Source of the DNA: a virus
Strand: one strand, 5' to 3'
Virus record (IMG/VR): IMGVR_UViG_3300042691_037543
Location: 20,737 to 84,736 of that record
DNA length: 64,000 nucleotides
Positions within the stretch are counted from its first letter, which is position 1. Every line of letters starts with the position of its first letter. The notes under the pieces are model-generated. The model did not search any database. It was not told the origin of the DNA and was given only the letters and a program-made list of their open reading frames with translations. Shown in pieces: positions 1 through 9,597 of the stretch. A program made the translations under genes and the position numbers.

Positions 1-1
1 A

Positions 2-811
2 AACACGCCCAAGTCGTTCCGCAACTGGCTGGACTACGCCACGCAGGAAGACGAAAGCGACGGTGTGCCAAAGCACAAGTTCGACGCGTGCGGTGGGGGG
101 TTTCTCAACCCGCTGTCTCAGCAGCCCAGGGCAACCATTATCTCGGTGTACAAATACTGCCGAGCAACCCGCAACGGTGGGGTGCCTGCGGCTCCGCGCA
201 ACGACAACTTCGTGATCGGGTTCAGTGCGCTGGACGTGCCCCACTGGCCGCGCGGCTTGCTCAGCAAGTGGTTCGTTGGCATGGAGTGGATTAGCCAACG
301 CGGCTTGAAACTGCGCGGGGTAGGTGCGTCCCCGATGCTGGCGGGGATGCTCAACACCATCCCGCAGGCGATTCCCGGTGCTTGGTGGGCGGCGCGCCCG
401 CACGGGTTCACCGTGTCCACTCCCGGCAACAACGTGGTGGAGCTGCGCCCGTACCCCGCGGGCAGCGACGTGCACTTCCTCGCGTACTACGGCGACCAGA
501 CGGCCGACGTAGCGCCGGAGGCGGACCTCGGGCAGATCATCTTCGATCTCGTCACGAAGCCGCGTACGCAGAAGCCGGTGACCACGCCGCGAGAGCCCGA
601 GCAGCCTACGGTTGCCACGGCGTCCCCGTCGGTGGCTTACGCGCGTTTCCGAGACATGGAGCGGGAGATGGACGAGCTTCGCTTGACCGTGAAGAAGCTC
701 ACGGGCGGCGCGGAGATCGCCAAGTACGTTCTGCAACAGATCAACAACGGGTCTGCCGTACCCCCGGCGCTCGTGAACTACGCCATCGCCCGTCTCGGGG
801 GTGGTGAGTGA
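2..811 (+). CDS. Hypothetical protein, 5'-truncated by the window edge
   Basis: Frame is open from position 2 (NTPKSFRNWLDY...) to TGA at 811; C-terminal coiled coil; GTGA overlap with next gene. Confidence 0.7.
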   Translation, partial: NTPKSFRNWLDYATQEDESDGVPKHKFDACGGGFLNPLSQQPRATIISVYKYCRATRNGGVPAAPRNDNFVIGFSALDVPHWPRGLLSKWFVGMEWISQRGLKLRGVGASPMLAGMLNTIPQAIPGAWWAARPHGFTVSTPGNNVVELRPYPAGSDVHFLAYYGDQTADVAPEADLGQIIFDLVTKPRTQKPVTTPREPEQPTVATASPSVAYARFRDMEREMDELRLTVKKLTGGAEIAKYVLQQINNGSAVPPALVNYAIARLGGGE

Positions 812-1245
812 ACGGGGCAGAGCTTCTCGTGGCGCTCTTGTCGCTGTGGCGGCACATGCGGTACCGCGAGTGCATCGAAGCGCACCGCGCTCAGATCGTC
901 GCCGTCGCAGAGGCGGGTGAACGTGAGTACGGCGTGCCCGCCGGCTTGTCGCTGGTGACGGGCTTCTTCGAGACGCACCTGGGCTGCGCGCACGGTGAGG
1001 GCGGCAATTGGGGTGCGCCCATCGACCGCTTTCACCGGCACACCGCAGGTACGCCCATGCACGCCGTGCGTGCGATGGCTGCAAGCTACCGAGTGTGCGG
1101 CACCTGGGTTGGTGCGGTGGGTCGCTTTCGTTCGGGCTTGTGCCACCCGACGAACCCCCTGCATCGTGTGGCGGTCACCATGCGCGTGCGAACTACACGC
1201 ATCATCTACCAGCAGGCGGGCCTACCCGTCCCCGAGGGCTTGTGA
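808..1245 (+). CDS. Lysozyme-like/lytic transglycosylase (SLT-like) domain protein
   Basis: AEAGEREYGVPAGLSLVTGFFETH resembles the SLT catalytic-Glu helix; W..AVGRF.SG near C-terminus; hydrophobic N-terminus. Confidence 0.55.
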   Translation: MNGAELLVALLSLWRHMRYRECIEAHRAQIVAVAEAGEREYGVPAGLSLVTGFFETHLGCAHGEGGNWGAPIDRFHRHTAGTPMHAVRAMAASYRVCGTWVGAVGRFRSGLCHPTNPLHRVAVTMRVRTTRIIYQQAGLPVPEGL

Positions 1246-3911
1246 AGCATCTCCCACTCTACCCAAACGGTACGCCCTCCCCAACGGACAACCGGGTGCC
1301 TGCACCGAGCTCGGGGCTCGGGTGTACCGCGTGCGAGCTCTCGTCGGGGGCCAAGTACGCACCTCTGGCCAACTACGTTCTCGGTCGGCGCATGAGCAGC
1401 GGAGCCGAGAAGGGCGCACCTTCCGTAGCTGTGGTGTTCGAGGCGCCGACTCGCGGTGAGGACGCAGGCGGTGACCCGTTTAGTAGCGCCACCTACCGTA
1501 CGCTGGTGGAGATCATCCGTGCGTCGAGCACCCACCGTGTCGTGCCGATGTACGCCGTGCACTGCGCCCCTGGTAACGCCGAGGTAACTGCGGAGCACGT
1601 CACAGCTTGCCGAGGGCATATTCACGAGACGCTCGCCCAGGGTGCCGCCGCCGTGCATCTCATCATCGCGGTTGGCCCTCTGGCGCACATCGCGGTGCTC
1701 GGTCGGAAAGTCGCGGCAGACCTCGTGCCAAACACGGTGAGCGTGATCGACGCGTTTTGGGCCAAGCGCGTTCCCGTCATCTGCCTGCCCGCGGCGAGCG
1801 TGCTGCGCAAAGACCCGGCACGGACGCGGTGGCGCATCGCGGACGCGATCGAAACGGCACAGAACGTGGCTAGGTCAATCCATCACGGCCGGCTCGCGAC
1901 AACCTTCGTCCAGTCGTACGAAGATCATCTACGCGTGCTCGGTGTTCTTAAAAAGGCGGACGCACTCGTGCTCGACACGGAGACGGTCGGCCGGCTGCAT
2001 ACCCCGACGTTCTACGTCGAGGAGCTGTCGTTCGCTGTGAACGACAGTAACGCGGTCACCTACGGCCGCGATGTGCTGAGCGACCATCGCGTTCGTAGTG
2101 ACTTGAAGGCGCTGTTGGAGAACCACGCCGTCTGCAAAGTCGGCCACAACATCAAGTACGACCTACTCGCGCTGCGGACGTGGCTCAACGTGCACTGCTT
2201 CGGGCACCCGCTTCGCGACACGCGCCTCGACCACAAGCTGCTGCACGCAGACTCGGTGGGTGACCTCGCGACCTGCGCAGAGATGGTCGGCTTCGGCGGC
2301 CACAAGGAAGAGGCGCGGGCGGCGATCGACGTGGTCAAGCACGACCTGAACGCGCTCGCTTCGGCGCCGAAGCGAGCTCTGACCAAGAGCGGCAAGCCGC
2401 GTAAGCCGCCCACGCTCAAGTACCTCGACGAGTCCGAGGTGGACCCCGAGCATCTCGAAGACATCCAGCAGGGCGCCGACACCGAAGCGTACGCGCAGGC
2501 GTACATTCCGTGGCGTGTCCGTGCGCGGTACAACGCGCTCGACGCGATGAGCACCTACTGGCTCGACAAGCTCAACGCAGACCGCTTCGACATGTCCAAC
2601 CGCGAGTTGTCGGAGGGGCGTATGGCGGTCGCGAACGAGATCGTGCGGCCTGCTATCTCCGCGCTGGTCGAGATGGAGGCGACGGGTATCCGTGTGGACA
2701 CCGCGGCGCTAGACATCTTCACGCAGTTCTTGAAGTCCGAGATCGCCGTAGTGCAGTCTCGGCTCAACCACTACCCCGGCGTGAACTTCGCGAGTCCGAA
2801 GCAGCTCGCGGAGCTCCTCTACGACAAGCTCGGGCTGCCTGTGCTCGCAGAAACACCCTCGGGGGGCCGCGCGACCGGCGAAGAGGTGTTGCTCGAACTC
2901 GCGGAGAAGACCAAGCACCCGCTTCCCAAAGACGTGCTCGCTTTCCGCGAGCTCGAAAAGCTGCTCGGCACCTACGCCGAGGGCATGAAGAAGCACATCC
3001 GTGTGGGGCCCAACGGGCCGCGCATCCATCCGAGCACGCTGCTCGACGGGGCTGGTACCGGCAGGTTGTCCAGCCAGAACCCCAACATGCAGAACGTGCC
3101 GAGCCCCGACCGAGATACGCCTGGGCGGCCGGCGTTCGGCAAGATGGCTCGTGACATCTTCGTCGCAGACCCAGGCTGCGTACTCCTCGAAGTGGACATG
3201 AGCCAGCAAGAGCTGCGTATCGCTGGGATGCTCTCGGGCGACCCGGTGATCCTCGAATGTTATAAGAACAACGAGGATATTCACCGCGGCACGGCGGCGA
3301 TTGTGTACGGCGTCCCGCTGGCCGCAGTAACGAAGGAGCAGCGGGCACGCTCGAAGACCGTGACCTTCGGGCTGGTGTACGGCAAGACCGACCGCGGGCT
3401 CGCCAAGCAGCTCAACATCACCGTGGCGGAAGCCGCGCGCATCCGCAAAGCGGTGCTCGGGCGGTTCAAGAAACTCGCAGAGTTCTGCGAGCGGTGTCTG
3501 GCGTCGGCCCGCAGGGACGGTGGCGCGTATACATGGTGGAACGGTCACGAGCGGGCGCGGTGGCGCCCGCTGCCTGCGATCAACGACATGACCGACGAAG
3601 GCTTCGGCGCGCGCATCAACGCGGAGAACGCCGCGGTGAACACCCCGGTCCAGGGGCTCGCCGCGGACATCGTCACCGCCAGCTTGTTTCCGATCGTTGC
3701 CCGCTTCCGCAAGGACAACCTCGACGCGCAGCTGGTGAACACCGTGCATGACTCGGTGATGGTCAACGTGCGCGAAGACCAGCTACCGCTCGCCGCCAAG
3801 ATCATGCGCGAAGTGATGCTCGGGCACAACACGAACGGGTTTCCGCTGGGCGTTGACATGAAGGTGGGCAAGAGCTGGGGCAGCATGACCGAGTACCACC
3901 TACCGGGGTGA
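1242..3911 (+). CDS. polA: Family A DNA polymerase with N-terminal uracil-DNA-glycosylase-like domain and 3'-5' exonuclease
   Basis: ExoI DTET, ExoII GHNIKYD, ExoIII YNALDA; motifs A DMSQQELR, B RARSKTVTFGLVYG, C VHDS; N-terminal CTACEL, FEAP..GED..PF, HCAP, TAC typical of family-4 UDG. GTG start at 1242 overlaps the upstream stop. Confidence 0.95.
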   Translation: MKHLPLYPNGTPSPTDNRVPAPSSGLGCTACELSSGAKYAPLANYVLGRRMSSGAEKGAPSVAVVFEAPTRGEDAGGDPFSSATYRTLVEIIRASSTHRVVPMYAVHCAPGNAEVTAEHVTACRGHIHETLAQGAAAVHLIIAVGPLAHIAVLGRKVAADLVPNTVSVIDAFWAKRVPVICLPAASVLRKDPARTRWRIADAIETAQNVARSIHHGRLATTFVQSYEDHLRVLGVLKKADALVLDTETVGRLHTPTFYVEELSFAVNDSNAVTYGRDVLSDHRVRSDLKALLENHAVCKVGHNIKYDLLALRTWLNVHCFGHPLRDTRLDHKLLHADSVGDLATCAEMVGFGGHKEEARAAIDVVKHDLNALASAPKRALTKSGKPRKPPTLKYLDESEVDPEHLEDIQQGADTEAYAQAYIPWRVRARYNALDAMSTYWLDKLNADRFDMSNRELSEGRMAVANEIVRPAISALVEMEATGIRVDTAALDIFTQFLKSEIAVVQSRLNHYPGVNFASPKQLAELLYDKLGLPVLAETPSGGRATGEEVLLELAEKTKHPLPKDVLAFRELEKLLGTYAEGMKKHIRVGPNGPRIHPSTLLDGAGTGRLSSQNPNMQNVPSPDRDTPGRPAFGKMARDIFVADPGCVLLEVDMSQQELRIAGMLSGDPVILECYKNNEDIHRGTAAIVYGVPLAAVTKEQRARSKTVTFGLVYGKTDRGLAKQLNITVAEAARIRKAVLGRFKKLAEFCERCLASARRDGGAYTWWNGHERARWRPLPAINDMTDEGFGARINAENAAVNTPVQGLAADIVTASLFPIVARFRKDNLDAQLVNTVHDSVMVNVREDQLPLAAKIMREVMLGHNTNGFPLGVDMKVGKSWGSMTEYHLPG

Positions 3912-3948
3912 AACCTTTTCAACGCGCCGCACAAGACACGAAACGCCT

Positions 3949-4395
3949 GTGAAGAAACCGCAGCACAGCATCAACCCCGACCAGATCGACCTGGAGTTCA
4001 TGCGGCTCCCTGGCGACTTGGCCTACTTCGGGCAAATCTTCGCAGAGGCGTGCGAAGCGCTCAACGAGCTGGAGCTGAAACTGGAGGTGTACGAGGCTCG
4101 TACGAGCCTGACCATTCGTGAAGCAAGAAGCATGATGGGTGAACGTGTGACGAACGACACGGTTGCCGCTAGAATGCGTGGCAGCGCGGAGTGGCAAGCG
4201 CTGCGCGAAAAGGTCATCGAAGCGGAGGCCGACAAGCTCCGCGCGAAGATTGACCTCGACGCGGTCATCGCGAAGAAAGACATGCTCATCAGCCTGGGCG
4301 CGTACATGCGGGCCCAGGCAAACGGCGACCCGGCCATTCGGCTGCCGAGCGGCAAGCCGAGGCAGACTGACAAACACAACTGGAGTGGTGAGTGA
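3949..4395 (+). CDS. UvsY-like recombination mediator protein
   Basis: All-helical 148 aa with IDLEFMRLP..LAYF and KKDMLISLG; located beside SSB and RecA. Confidence 0.6.
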   Translation: MKKPQHSINPDQIDLEFMRLPGDLAYFGQIFAEACEALNELELKLEVYEARTSLTIREARSMMGERVTNDTVAARMRGSAEWQALREKVIEAEADKLRAKIDLDAVIAKKDMLISLGAYMRAQANGDPAIRLPSGKPRQTDKHNWSGE

Positions 4396-5153
4396 ACATG
4401 ACGAACGCACTGGACGGGCTTTTCTCGGACTACGACGACGCGAGCGCTGCCAAGGACGTAGAGCTGGCGAAGAAGCCCTCGCAGTTCATCAGCAAGCTGC
4501 CGGTGGGCAAGACCGTGATGCGGTTCCTCCCGCCCGCGCCTGGGAAGAAGAGCCCGTTTCGGGTCTACTACCAGCACTTCGTGAAGGGCATCCCCGGCGT
4601 CGCGGACTGCGTGTTCGTGTGCCCGCGCATGGAGATGAAGCGGCCCTGCCCGCTCTGCACGCTCAAGGCGCGGTGGGAGGCGAGCGACGACTCGACCAAG
4701 ATCAACGCGGCGAAGGACTTGGAGCCGCGCTCCACCACGTCGGCTCTCGTGATCGTGCGCGGCGAAGAGGAGCAGGGCGTGCGGGTGTTCCGCATGAGCT
4801 ACTCCGTGCACCAAGCCCTGCTGGAGATTCGCAACGAGCTGGACATGAATTTCAGCCACCCGATCGACGGGTGCGACATCGTCATCTCGCGCAAGGGCAC
4901 GGGGCCCACCGACACCCGCTACCGCGTGATCCCCGACCCGAGGGGCAAGTCGCCGCTCGCGTCGAGCGAAGCCGAGATGGCTGAGCTGCTGGGTTCGATG
5001 CCCAACCTCGACAGCTTCGTCAAGGTTCACGACGCGCCCACCATCGAGGGGATGCTCCGCGGTGAGAAGCCGCAGAACCGCCAGCTCGGCGGCGGGGGTG
5101 GCGCGCAGCAGCTCCCCGGCAAGCGCGCCTCGTCGTACTTGAACGACGAGTGA
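4392..5153 (+). CDS. T4 gp32-like single-stranded DNA-binding protein
   Basis: MRFLPP...PF...QHF, CP...CPLC zinc ligands, G.DIVISRKGTG..T.Y, acidic end. Confidence 0.85.
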   Translation: MNMTNALDGLFSDYDDASAAKDVELAKKPSQFISKLPVGKTVMRFLPPAPGKKSPFRVYYQHFVKGIPGVADCVFVCPRMEMKRPCPLCTLKARWEASDDSTKINAAKDLEPRSTTSALVIVRGEEEQGVRVFRMSYSVHQALLEIRNELDMNFSHPIDGCDIVISRKGTGPTDTRYRVIPDPRGKSPLASSEAEMAELLGSMPNLDSFVKVHDAPTIEGMLRGEKPQNRQLGGGGGAQQLPGKRASSYLNDE

Positions 5154-5159
5154 CCCATC

Positions 5160-5266
5160 AGACACGGTCGCCTGCGGCCGTGTCTCCCGTAACGGTGTGC
5201 GGTCACCTGTACGCGCTTCCGCAAGCAGCGTGTACGGTGCGGGTTCGACTCCCGCGGCCGGTCCCA
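5160..5266 (+). ncRNA. Structured tRNA-like noncoding element (candidate)
   Basis: 11-bp hairpin 5160-5185; long hairpin 5204-5239; canonical T-arm GCGGG-TTCGACT-CCCGC 5239-5255; ends in CCA at 5264-5266; no D-arm. Confidence 0.4.
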
Positions 5267-5268
5267 CA

Positions 5269-5295
5269 GGGCGCCGCAAGGCGCTCTCTTCGTTT
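5269..5295 (+). terminator. GNRA-loop hairpin with U-rich tail (terminator/attenuator upstream of recA)
   Basis: GGGCGCC-GCAA-GGCGCTC followed by TCTTCGTTT. Confidence 0.55.
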
Positions 5296-5305
5296 AGAGG
5301 TACCC

Positions 5306-6289
5306 ATGTCGGACGCAAACGCGCGCCTGCTGAAAGTGCAGAAGGCGCTCGCCAAGAAATTCGGTCAAGAGAGCGTATCGGTGGCGTCGCAAACCACCAC
5401 GCGCTCGAAGATTACCACGGTGCTCCCCACGGGGCTGCCCGTACTGGACGAGTACGTCATCGGATGCGGTGGCCTGCCGACACGACGCATCAGCGAAATC
5501 TACGGCGGCGAGGGCGACGGCAAGACTTCCTTCGCGTACGCGGTTGCCGCGAGCGCACAACGGGCCGGCGCAGTCGTCGGGTGGTGCGACAGCGAGCACG
5601 CGTTCGACAGCGCCCGCGCCAAGTCGTTCGGCGTGGACGAGAGCGCGATGCTGCTCATGGACCCGTACACTTTCGAGGAAGCGATCAACCAGCAGCTCGA
5701 ATTCCTGCGGGCACTCGAAGACAACGGGGCCCCCGTGCTGCTCGTGTGGGACTCGCTCTCGGGGTCGCCTACGGCGTCGGCTCTCGACGGGCAAGCGGGC
5801 GACAAGGTGGTTGCCGACCGAGCCAGAATGCTCTCCCAAGGAGTGCCGGCGGCTCTGAGCCTGTGTGTGAAAAAGAACGCACACTGGATGGTGATTAACC
5901 AGCTGCGCGAAAAGATCGGCGTGATGTACGGCGACAACACCACCACGCCGGGTGGGCGCACGCTCAAGTATTTCGCGTCGATCCGACTGCGCCTGTACGG
6001 CGGAAAAGCCATCAAGGCCGGCGAGTCCGACAACGCCATCGGCAAGATGGTCACCATCTCGGGCGTGAAGTCGCGGTGGGCCCCCGCCTACCGCAAGACA
6101 CGCGTGCGGTGGCTGTTCAAAAAGGGCTACGACCTCGATTGGTCGTTGGTCGATCACTTCAAGGCGCAAGGGCTGGTGAATGGGCGCGATAAGAACGCTC
6201 TGGAGAAGGCTCGTGGGTTTGCTGACCAAGAACGATGGGAAGGCGACGATGATGCTCAGAGCGCAGGTTCAGACGACGACGAAGACTGA
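5306..6289 (+). CDS. recA: RecA/UvsX recombinase
   Basis: Walker A EIYGGEGDGKTS, DSEHAFD, VWDSL, INQLREKIGVMYG...TPGGRTLKYFASIRL; SD AGAGG before ATG 5306. Confidence 0.95.
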   Translation: MSDANARLLKVQKALAKKFGQESVSVASQTTTRSKITTVLPTGLPVLDEYVIGCGGLPTRRISEIYGGEGDGKTSFAYAVAASAQRAGAVVGWCDSEHAFDSARAKSFGVDESAMLLMDPYTFEEAINQQLEFLRALEDNGAPVLLVWDSLSGSPTASALDGQAGDKVVADRARMLSQGVPAALSLCVKKNAHWMVINQLREKIGVMYGDNTTTPGGRTLKYFASIRLRLYGGKAIKAGESDNAIGKMVTISGVKSRWAPAYRKTRVRWLFKKGYDLDWSLVDHFKAQGLVNGRDKNALEKARGFADQERWEGDDDAQSAGSDDDED

Positions 6290-6440
6290 CCAACACCGGC
6301 ACTACGCGCTGCTCAAGACGCGCGACGGCAACCTGCTGATCTACAGCGGGTGCACCGACACCATGACGTACGAGCTGCTCGGAGCCACGCCCATGCCGGC
6401 GAAGTGCGTGCTCTTGCCCCCGGTGGAGACGCTCCAGTGA
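6249..6440 (+). CDS. Small hypothetical protein
   Basis: Fills the gap between recA and the nuclease; its stop overlaps the next GTG; start uncertain. Confidence 0.4.
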   Translation: MMLRAQVQTTTKTDQHRHYALLKTRDGNLLIYSGCTDTMTYELLGATPMPAKCVLLPPVETLQ

Positions 6441-7594
6441 GAACTGCCTTCATCGCAGACGTGCACATCGGCAACCACAGCGCACCGCAGCCTCCGCACA
6501 GTCTCGTCGCCCACACCAAGTCGCCGCTGTTGAACATGCGGGCGCAAGAGGTGTTGGGCGTGTTGAGTGCCGCGGTGGGGGTCGCGCAATACCACAAAGC
6601 CGCTGAGCTCGTCGTGTGCGGTGACCTGTTCGACGTGCCGTCGCCTTCTGCGCCGTTTTACATGGCCGCACGCGCGGCATTCAGCACGTTCATGGGCGAC
6701 GTGGTCTTGTTGGCGGGCAACCACGAAATCGCGTCGTCGCAAGCAACCGACAGCCCGGCGGCGGTGCTCGCGAAGATGCTGCCTCGGTGTCGGTACGCCC
6801 CGCCTGGGCAGACGGTAGACACCCCGCGAGGTGTGCGGTGCCTCGGGTTCCCCGCGTTGGCAACGCAGAGCGAAACCCTCGCCGCCGTGAGGGGCGCCGC
6901 GGCGGCCCGCGGGAACGCGTACATCCTGGCTACGCACTTGGGAGTCATCACCGACGGCACACCGCCGTGGAGCCGTGACTCTGCGGAGGCGCTCTCCGCG
7001 AGTGCGTTCCGCGAAGTGCTCAAGGGGTGGGGCGGCGTCGTGTTGGGAAACTGGCACGACGCCGAGAGCATCGAAGGCTCGCCGTGGGTCGAGCAGGTTG
7101 GCGCGCTGTGCCCAACGGGGTTCGACAACGCCAACGACCTGCTGAACTACGGCCAGTTGCTCGTCGTTGACCACGAAGAGGGTACGCGGTCGCGGCACTT
7201 CGTACCCGCGCCGCGGTTCGTCCGCGTGGACGTACCGAGCGGCGCACCTGTGCCCGACTTCGCGGCGGCGCTCGTCGGCGTACTCGCGCAGAAAGCCGGT
7301 CGGTACAACCTCGTGACCAACCTGTACGTCAGGCTGCGGTGTGTCGCTGGCGACCAACGCCGCGTACGGGACGAAGCAGAGAAGTACCGGCCGGCGCTCG
7401 AAGCACTCACCCGCGGTGTGGTGCTCGTCGTGGACCCAACCATGCCGAAAGACGTGAGCGTCAAGTCGGTGTCGGTCACGCAAGCGGAAGAAGACGACCA
7501 CCTGTTTGACTACGTCGTGCAGACCGACATCCCGACGAACGTGCCGCGCAAGCGCTTGATGAAAACCTTGAAAGAGTTGGTGAAGCGTGAGTAA
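6437..7594 (+). CDS. Mre11/SbcD (gp47)-like metallophosphoesterase nuclease
   Basis: ADVH, GDLFD, GNHE, ATHL and GNWH calcineurin-like motifs; next to Rad50-like gene; GTG start at 6437. Confidence 0.9.
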   Translation: MRTAFIADVHIGNHSAPQPPHSLVAHTKSPLLNMRAQEVLGVLSAAVGVAQYHKAAELVVCGDLFDVPSPSAPFYMAARAAFSTFMGDVVLLAGNHEIASSQATDSPAAVLAKMLPRCRYAPPGQTVDTPRGVRCLGFPALATQSETLAAVRGAAAARGNAYILATHLGVITDGTPPWSRDSAEALSASAFREVLKGWGGVVLGNWHDAESIEGSPWVEQVGALCPTGFDNANDLLNYGQLLVVDHEEGTRSRHFVPAPRFVRVDVPSGAPVPDFAAALVGVLAQKAGRYNLVTNLYVRLRCVAGDQRRVRDEAEKYRPALEALTRGVVLVVDPTMPKDVSVKSVSVTQAEEDDHLFDYVVQTDIPTNVPRKRLMKTLKELVKRE

Positions 7595-7985
7595 CGATCA
7601 GCGCTTCGCGCAGATGCGTGAAGCACTCGAAAAGCTGGCAGCGCACGACGCCAAATTGGCGAAGCCCGCAGCGACGTTCAAGCCACAGCGCGGGTCGGTG
7701 TTCACGCCGGGGTCGAACACTCCGACGGACCCGGCGTGGGCTGAGATGAACACAACCGAGGAGATGATCGACTTCATGTTCGGGGCAGTCACCGCCAACC
7801 TCGCGGCGCTCTCCGAATGGGAGGTGACCTTCGTTGACTCAGCCAAGAACCAGCACAACCGCAAGATGGCGGCAGGGTTCAAGGCCACCAACACCCTGAG
7901 CGGGCGCCAGCTCGTCGTGCTGTACCGCATCGTGCAAAAGCTGGCGTCCACAACCGTGAAGGCGATGACCAATGAAGATCAGTGA
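7587..7985 (+). CDS. Hypothetical protein
   Basis: Overlaps both neighbours; LSEWE..FVDS....LSGRQ..VL pattern. Confidence 0.7.
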   Translation: MSNDQRFAQMREALEKLAAHDAKLAKPAATFKPQRGSVFTPGSNTPTDPAWAEMNTTEEMIDFMFGAVTANLAALSEWEVTFVDSAKNQHNRKMAAGFKATNTLSGRQLVVLYRIVQKLASTTVKAMTNEDQ

Positions 7986-9597
7986 CCTGAGCATCGAAGG
8001 GTTCTGCGGCATCGGCTCGCGCGCCAACGTGGCGTTCCCACAAACGGGCCTCGTGCTCGTGACGGGCCGCAACGGGTACGGCAAGAGTACGTTGATCGAA
8101 TCCGTCTCCCACGCCGTGTGGGGCGAGGGTGTGTTTCGCACCGGGTCGCTGTGGGCGGACAAGGGCACCATCGAGCTGCACACACACGACGGCTCGATGG
8201 TGCACAGACAACGCGCGGGCTCGCGTACGTCGGGGCAGTTGTACCGGCACGGCAGTACGTCGCTGTTCGACACCGCTACGAAGATGAACGAGGCGGCAGC
8301 GACGGCGTTCGGGTCACACGACGCGTGGCGCACGACGCACATCATCGAGCCCAGCGACGCGGCGATGTTCACGCGCGCAAGCGACACGGTGCGAAAGCAC
8401 GTCTTGGAGGGGCTTCTCGGGCTGAGCGTCTACGACGACGCCCTGGTGAAGTCCCGCACGTTCCGCAAGGCAGCAGACCGGGTACGCGAAGACACGGCGA
8501 ACAAGATCGCCGAGATTCGCGGTCGCCTGGAGACGCTCAACAACGTGTACAGCGCGTCCAAGTCGGCCCGCTCGAAAGAGGAGCTCACCGCGATCATCGA
8601 CGACGCCACCGCGCGCATAGACGCCCTGCAACAGCGCATCACGGAGTGCGACGACAAGGTGGGCGATCTGCGGTCGTCGGCCCAAAACCTACGCAGCTCC
8701 GAAGCGGTGCTGGTTGCGAAGCTGCACAACATCCACCGCGTAGCCGTGCACGGCGACCGGGTGTGTCCCCTGTGCGGCAGCACCGTCGGTGACGACGTGG
8801 CCAAGGGGATCAATGATGCCGCGACTGCCGAAGAACACGAAGTGAAAGCCCAACTTGCGGAGCTGCGAGAGAAAGCCCACCTGTGCGAAGCCGAGTTGAG
8901 CACGCAGTTGCTCGTGCAGGGCGACACGCGCCGGGATCAGGTGGCCCAGCAAGGCCGGCAAGACGCGGCGCGCCGCGAGCTCGACATCGTTCAGAAGGCC
9001 GAGGGCATTCGCGAGCGCATGGAGGCCGAGCAGGCACAGCTCGACGTGCTGAACGACAAGCTCGCGAACTCCATGACCGACGTAGACCTGTACGCGACCG
9101 CCGAGAAGATTCTCGGGGTGCGTGGTGTGCGCGCGCACATCCTCGACAACGCGGTCAACGCGCTCGGGCACTTCGCGGCGCAATGGATGTCGCAGCTCTC
9201 CGACAACGAGATGAGCGTCTCCGTGCAGTCCTACACGGAGAACACCCGCGGCGACGCCCGCAACGCTATCTCCATCTCGCTGCTGCGCGGTGACCGCACG
9301 ACGCCGTACGCCGCCTGCTCTCGCGGTGAGCAGCGCCGCATCGACATCGCCGTGACGCTCGCGCTGGCCGACATTCAGTCGTCCGCGACGGCGCACCCGA
9401 CGGGCACGCTGTTCGTAGACGAGATCATGGACGGGCTCGACTACGCCGGGGCTCTCGCAACGCTGAGCTGTCTCGCGAAGATGGCAGCCAAGCGTTGCGT
9501 AGTGGTAATTACTCACAAGGCGAGCGTGCAGCTCGCCGCGAAGGCTGCGGCGCACTTCATGTTCGTGGCGCCGGGGGTTATCGAAAGGGCGAAGTAA
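7972..9597 (+). CDS. Rad50/SbcC (gp46)-like SMC ATPase
   Basis: Walker A GRNGYGKS, CPLC zinc hook within coiled coil, signature SRGEQRR, Walker B FVDE, ITH switch. Confidence 0.93.
   Translation: MKISDLSIEGFCGIGSRANVAFPQTGLVLVTGRNGYGKSTLIESVSHAVWGEGVFRTGSLWADKGTIELHTHDGSMVHRQRAGSRTSGQLYRHGSTSLFDTATKMNEAAATAFGSHDAWRTTHIIEPSDAAMFTRASDTVRKHVLEGLLGLSVYDDALVKSRTFRKAADRVREDTANKIAEIRGRLETLNNVYSASKSARSKEELTAIIDDATARIDALQQRITECDDKVGDLRSSAQNLRSSEAVLVAKLHNIHRVAVHGDRVCPLCGSTVGDDVAKGINDAATAEEHEVKAQLAELREKAHLCEAELSTQLLVQGDTRRDQVAQQGRQDAARRELDIVQKAEGIRERMEAEQAQLDVLNDKLANSMTDVDLYATAEKILGVRGVRAHILDNAVNALGHFAAQWMSQLSDNEMSVSVQSYTENTRGDARNAISISLLRGDRTTPYAACSRGEQRRIDIAVTLALADIQSSATAHPTGTLFVDEIMDGLDYAGALATLSCLAKMAAKRCVVVITHKASVQLAAKAAAHFMFVAPGVIERAK

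Noticed and set aside
1008-1241. N-terminal extension of the 967-aa polymerase ORF
   Set aside because: Overlaps the 808-1245 gene; GTG at 1242 gives a typical coupled start just before the UDG-like domain
5150-5305. 52-aa N-terminal extension of RecA
   Set aside because: Region is structured and noncoding-like; good SD and ATG at 5306
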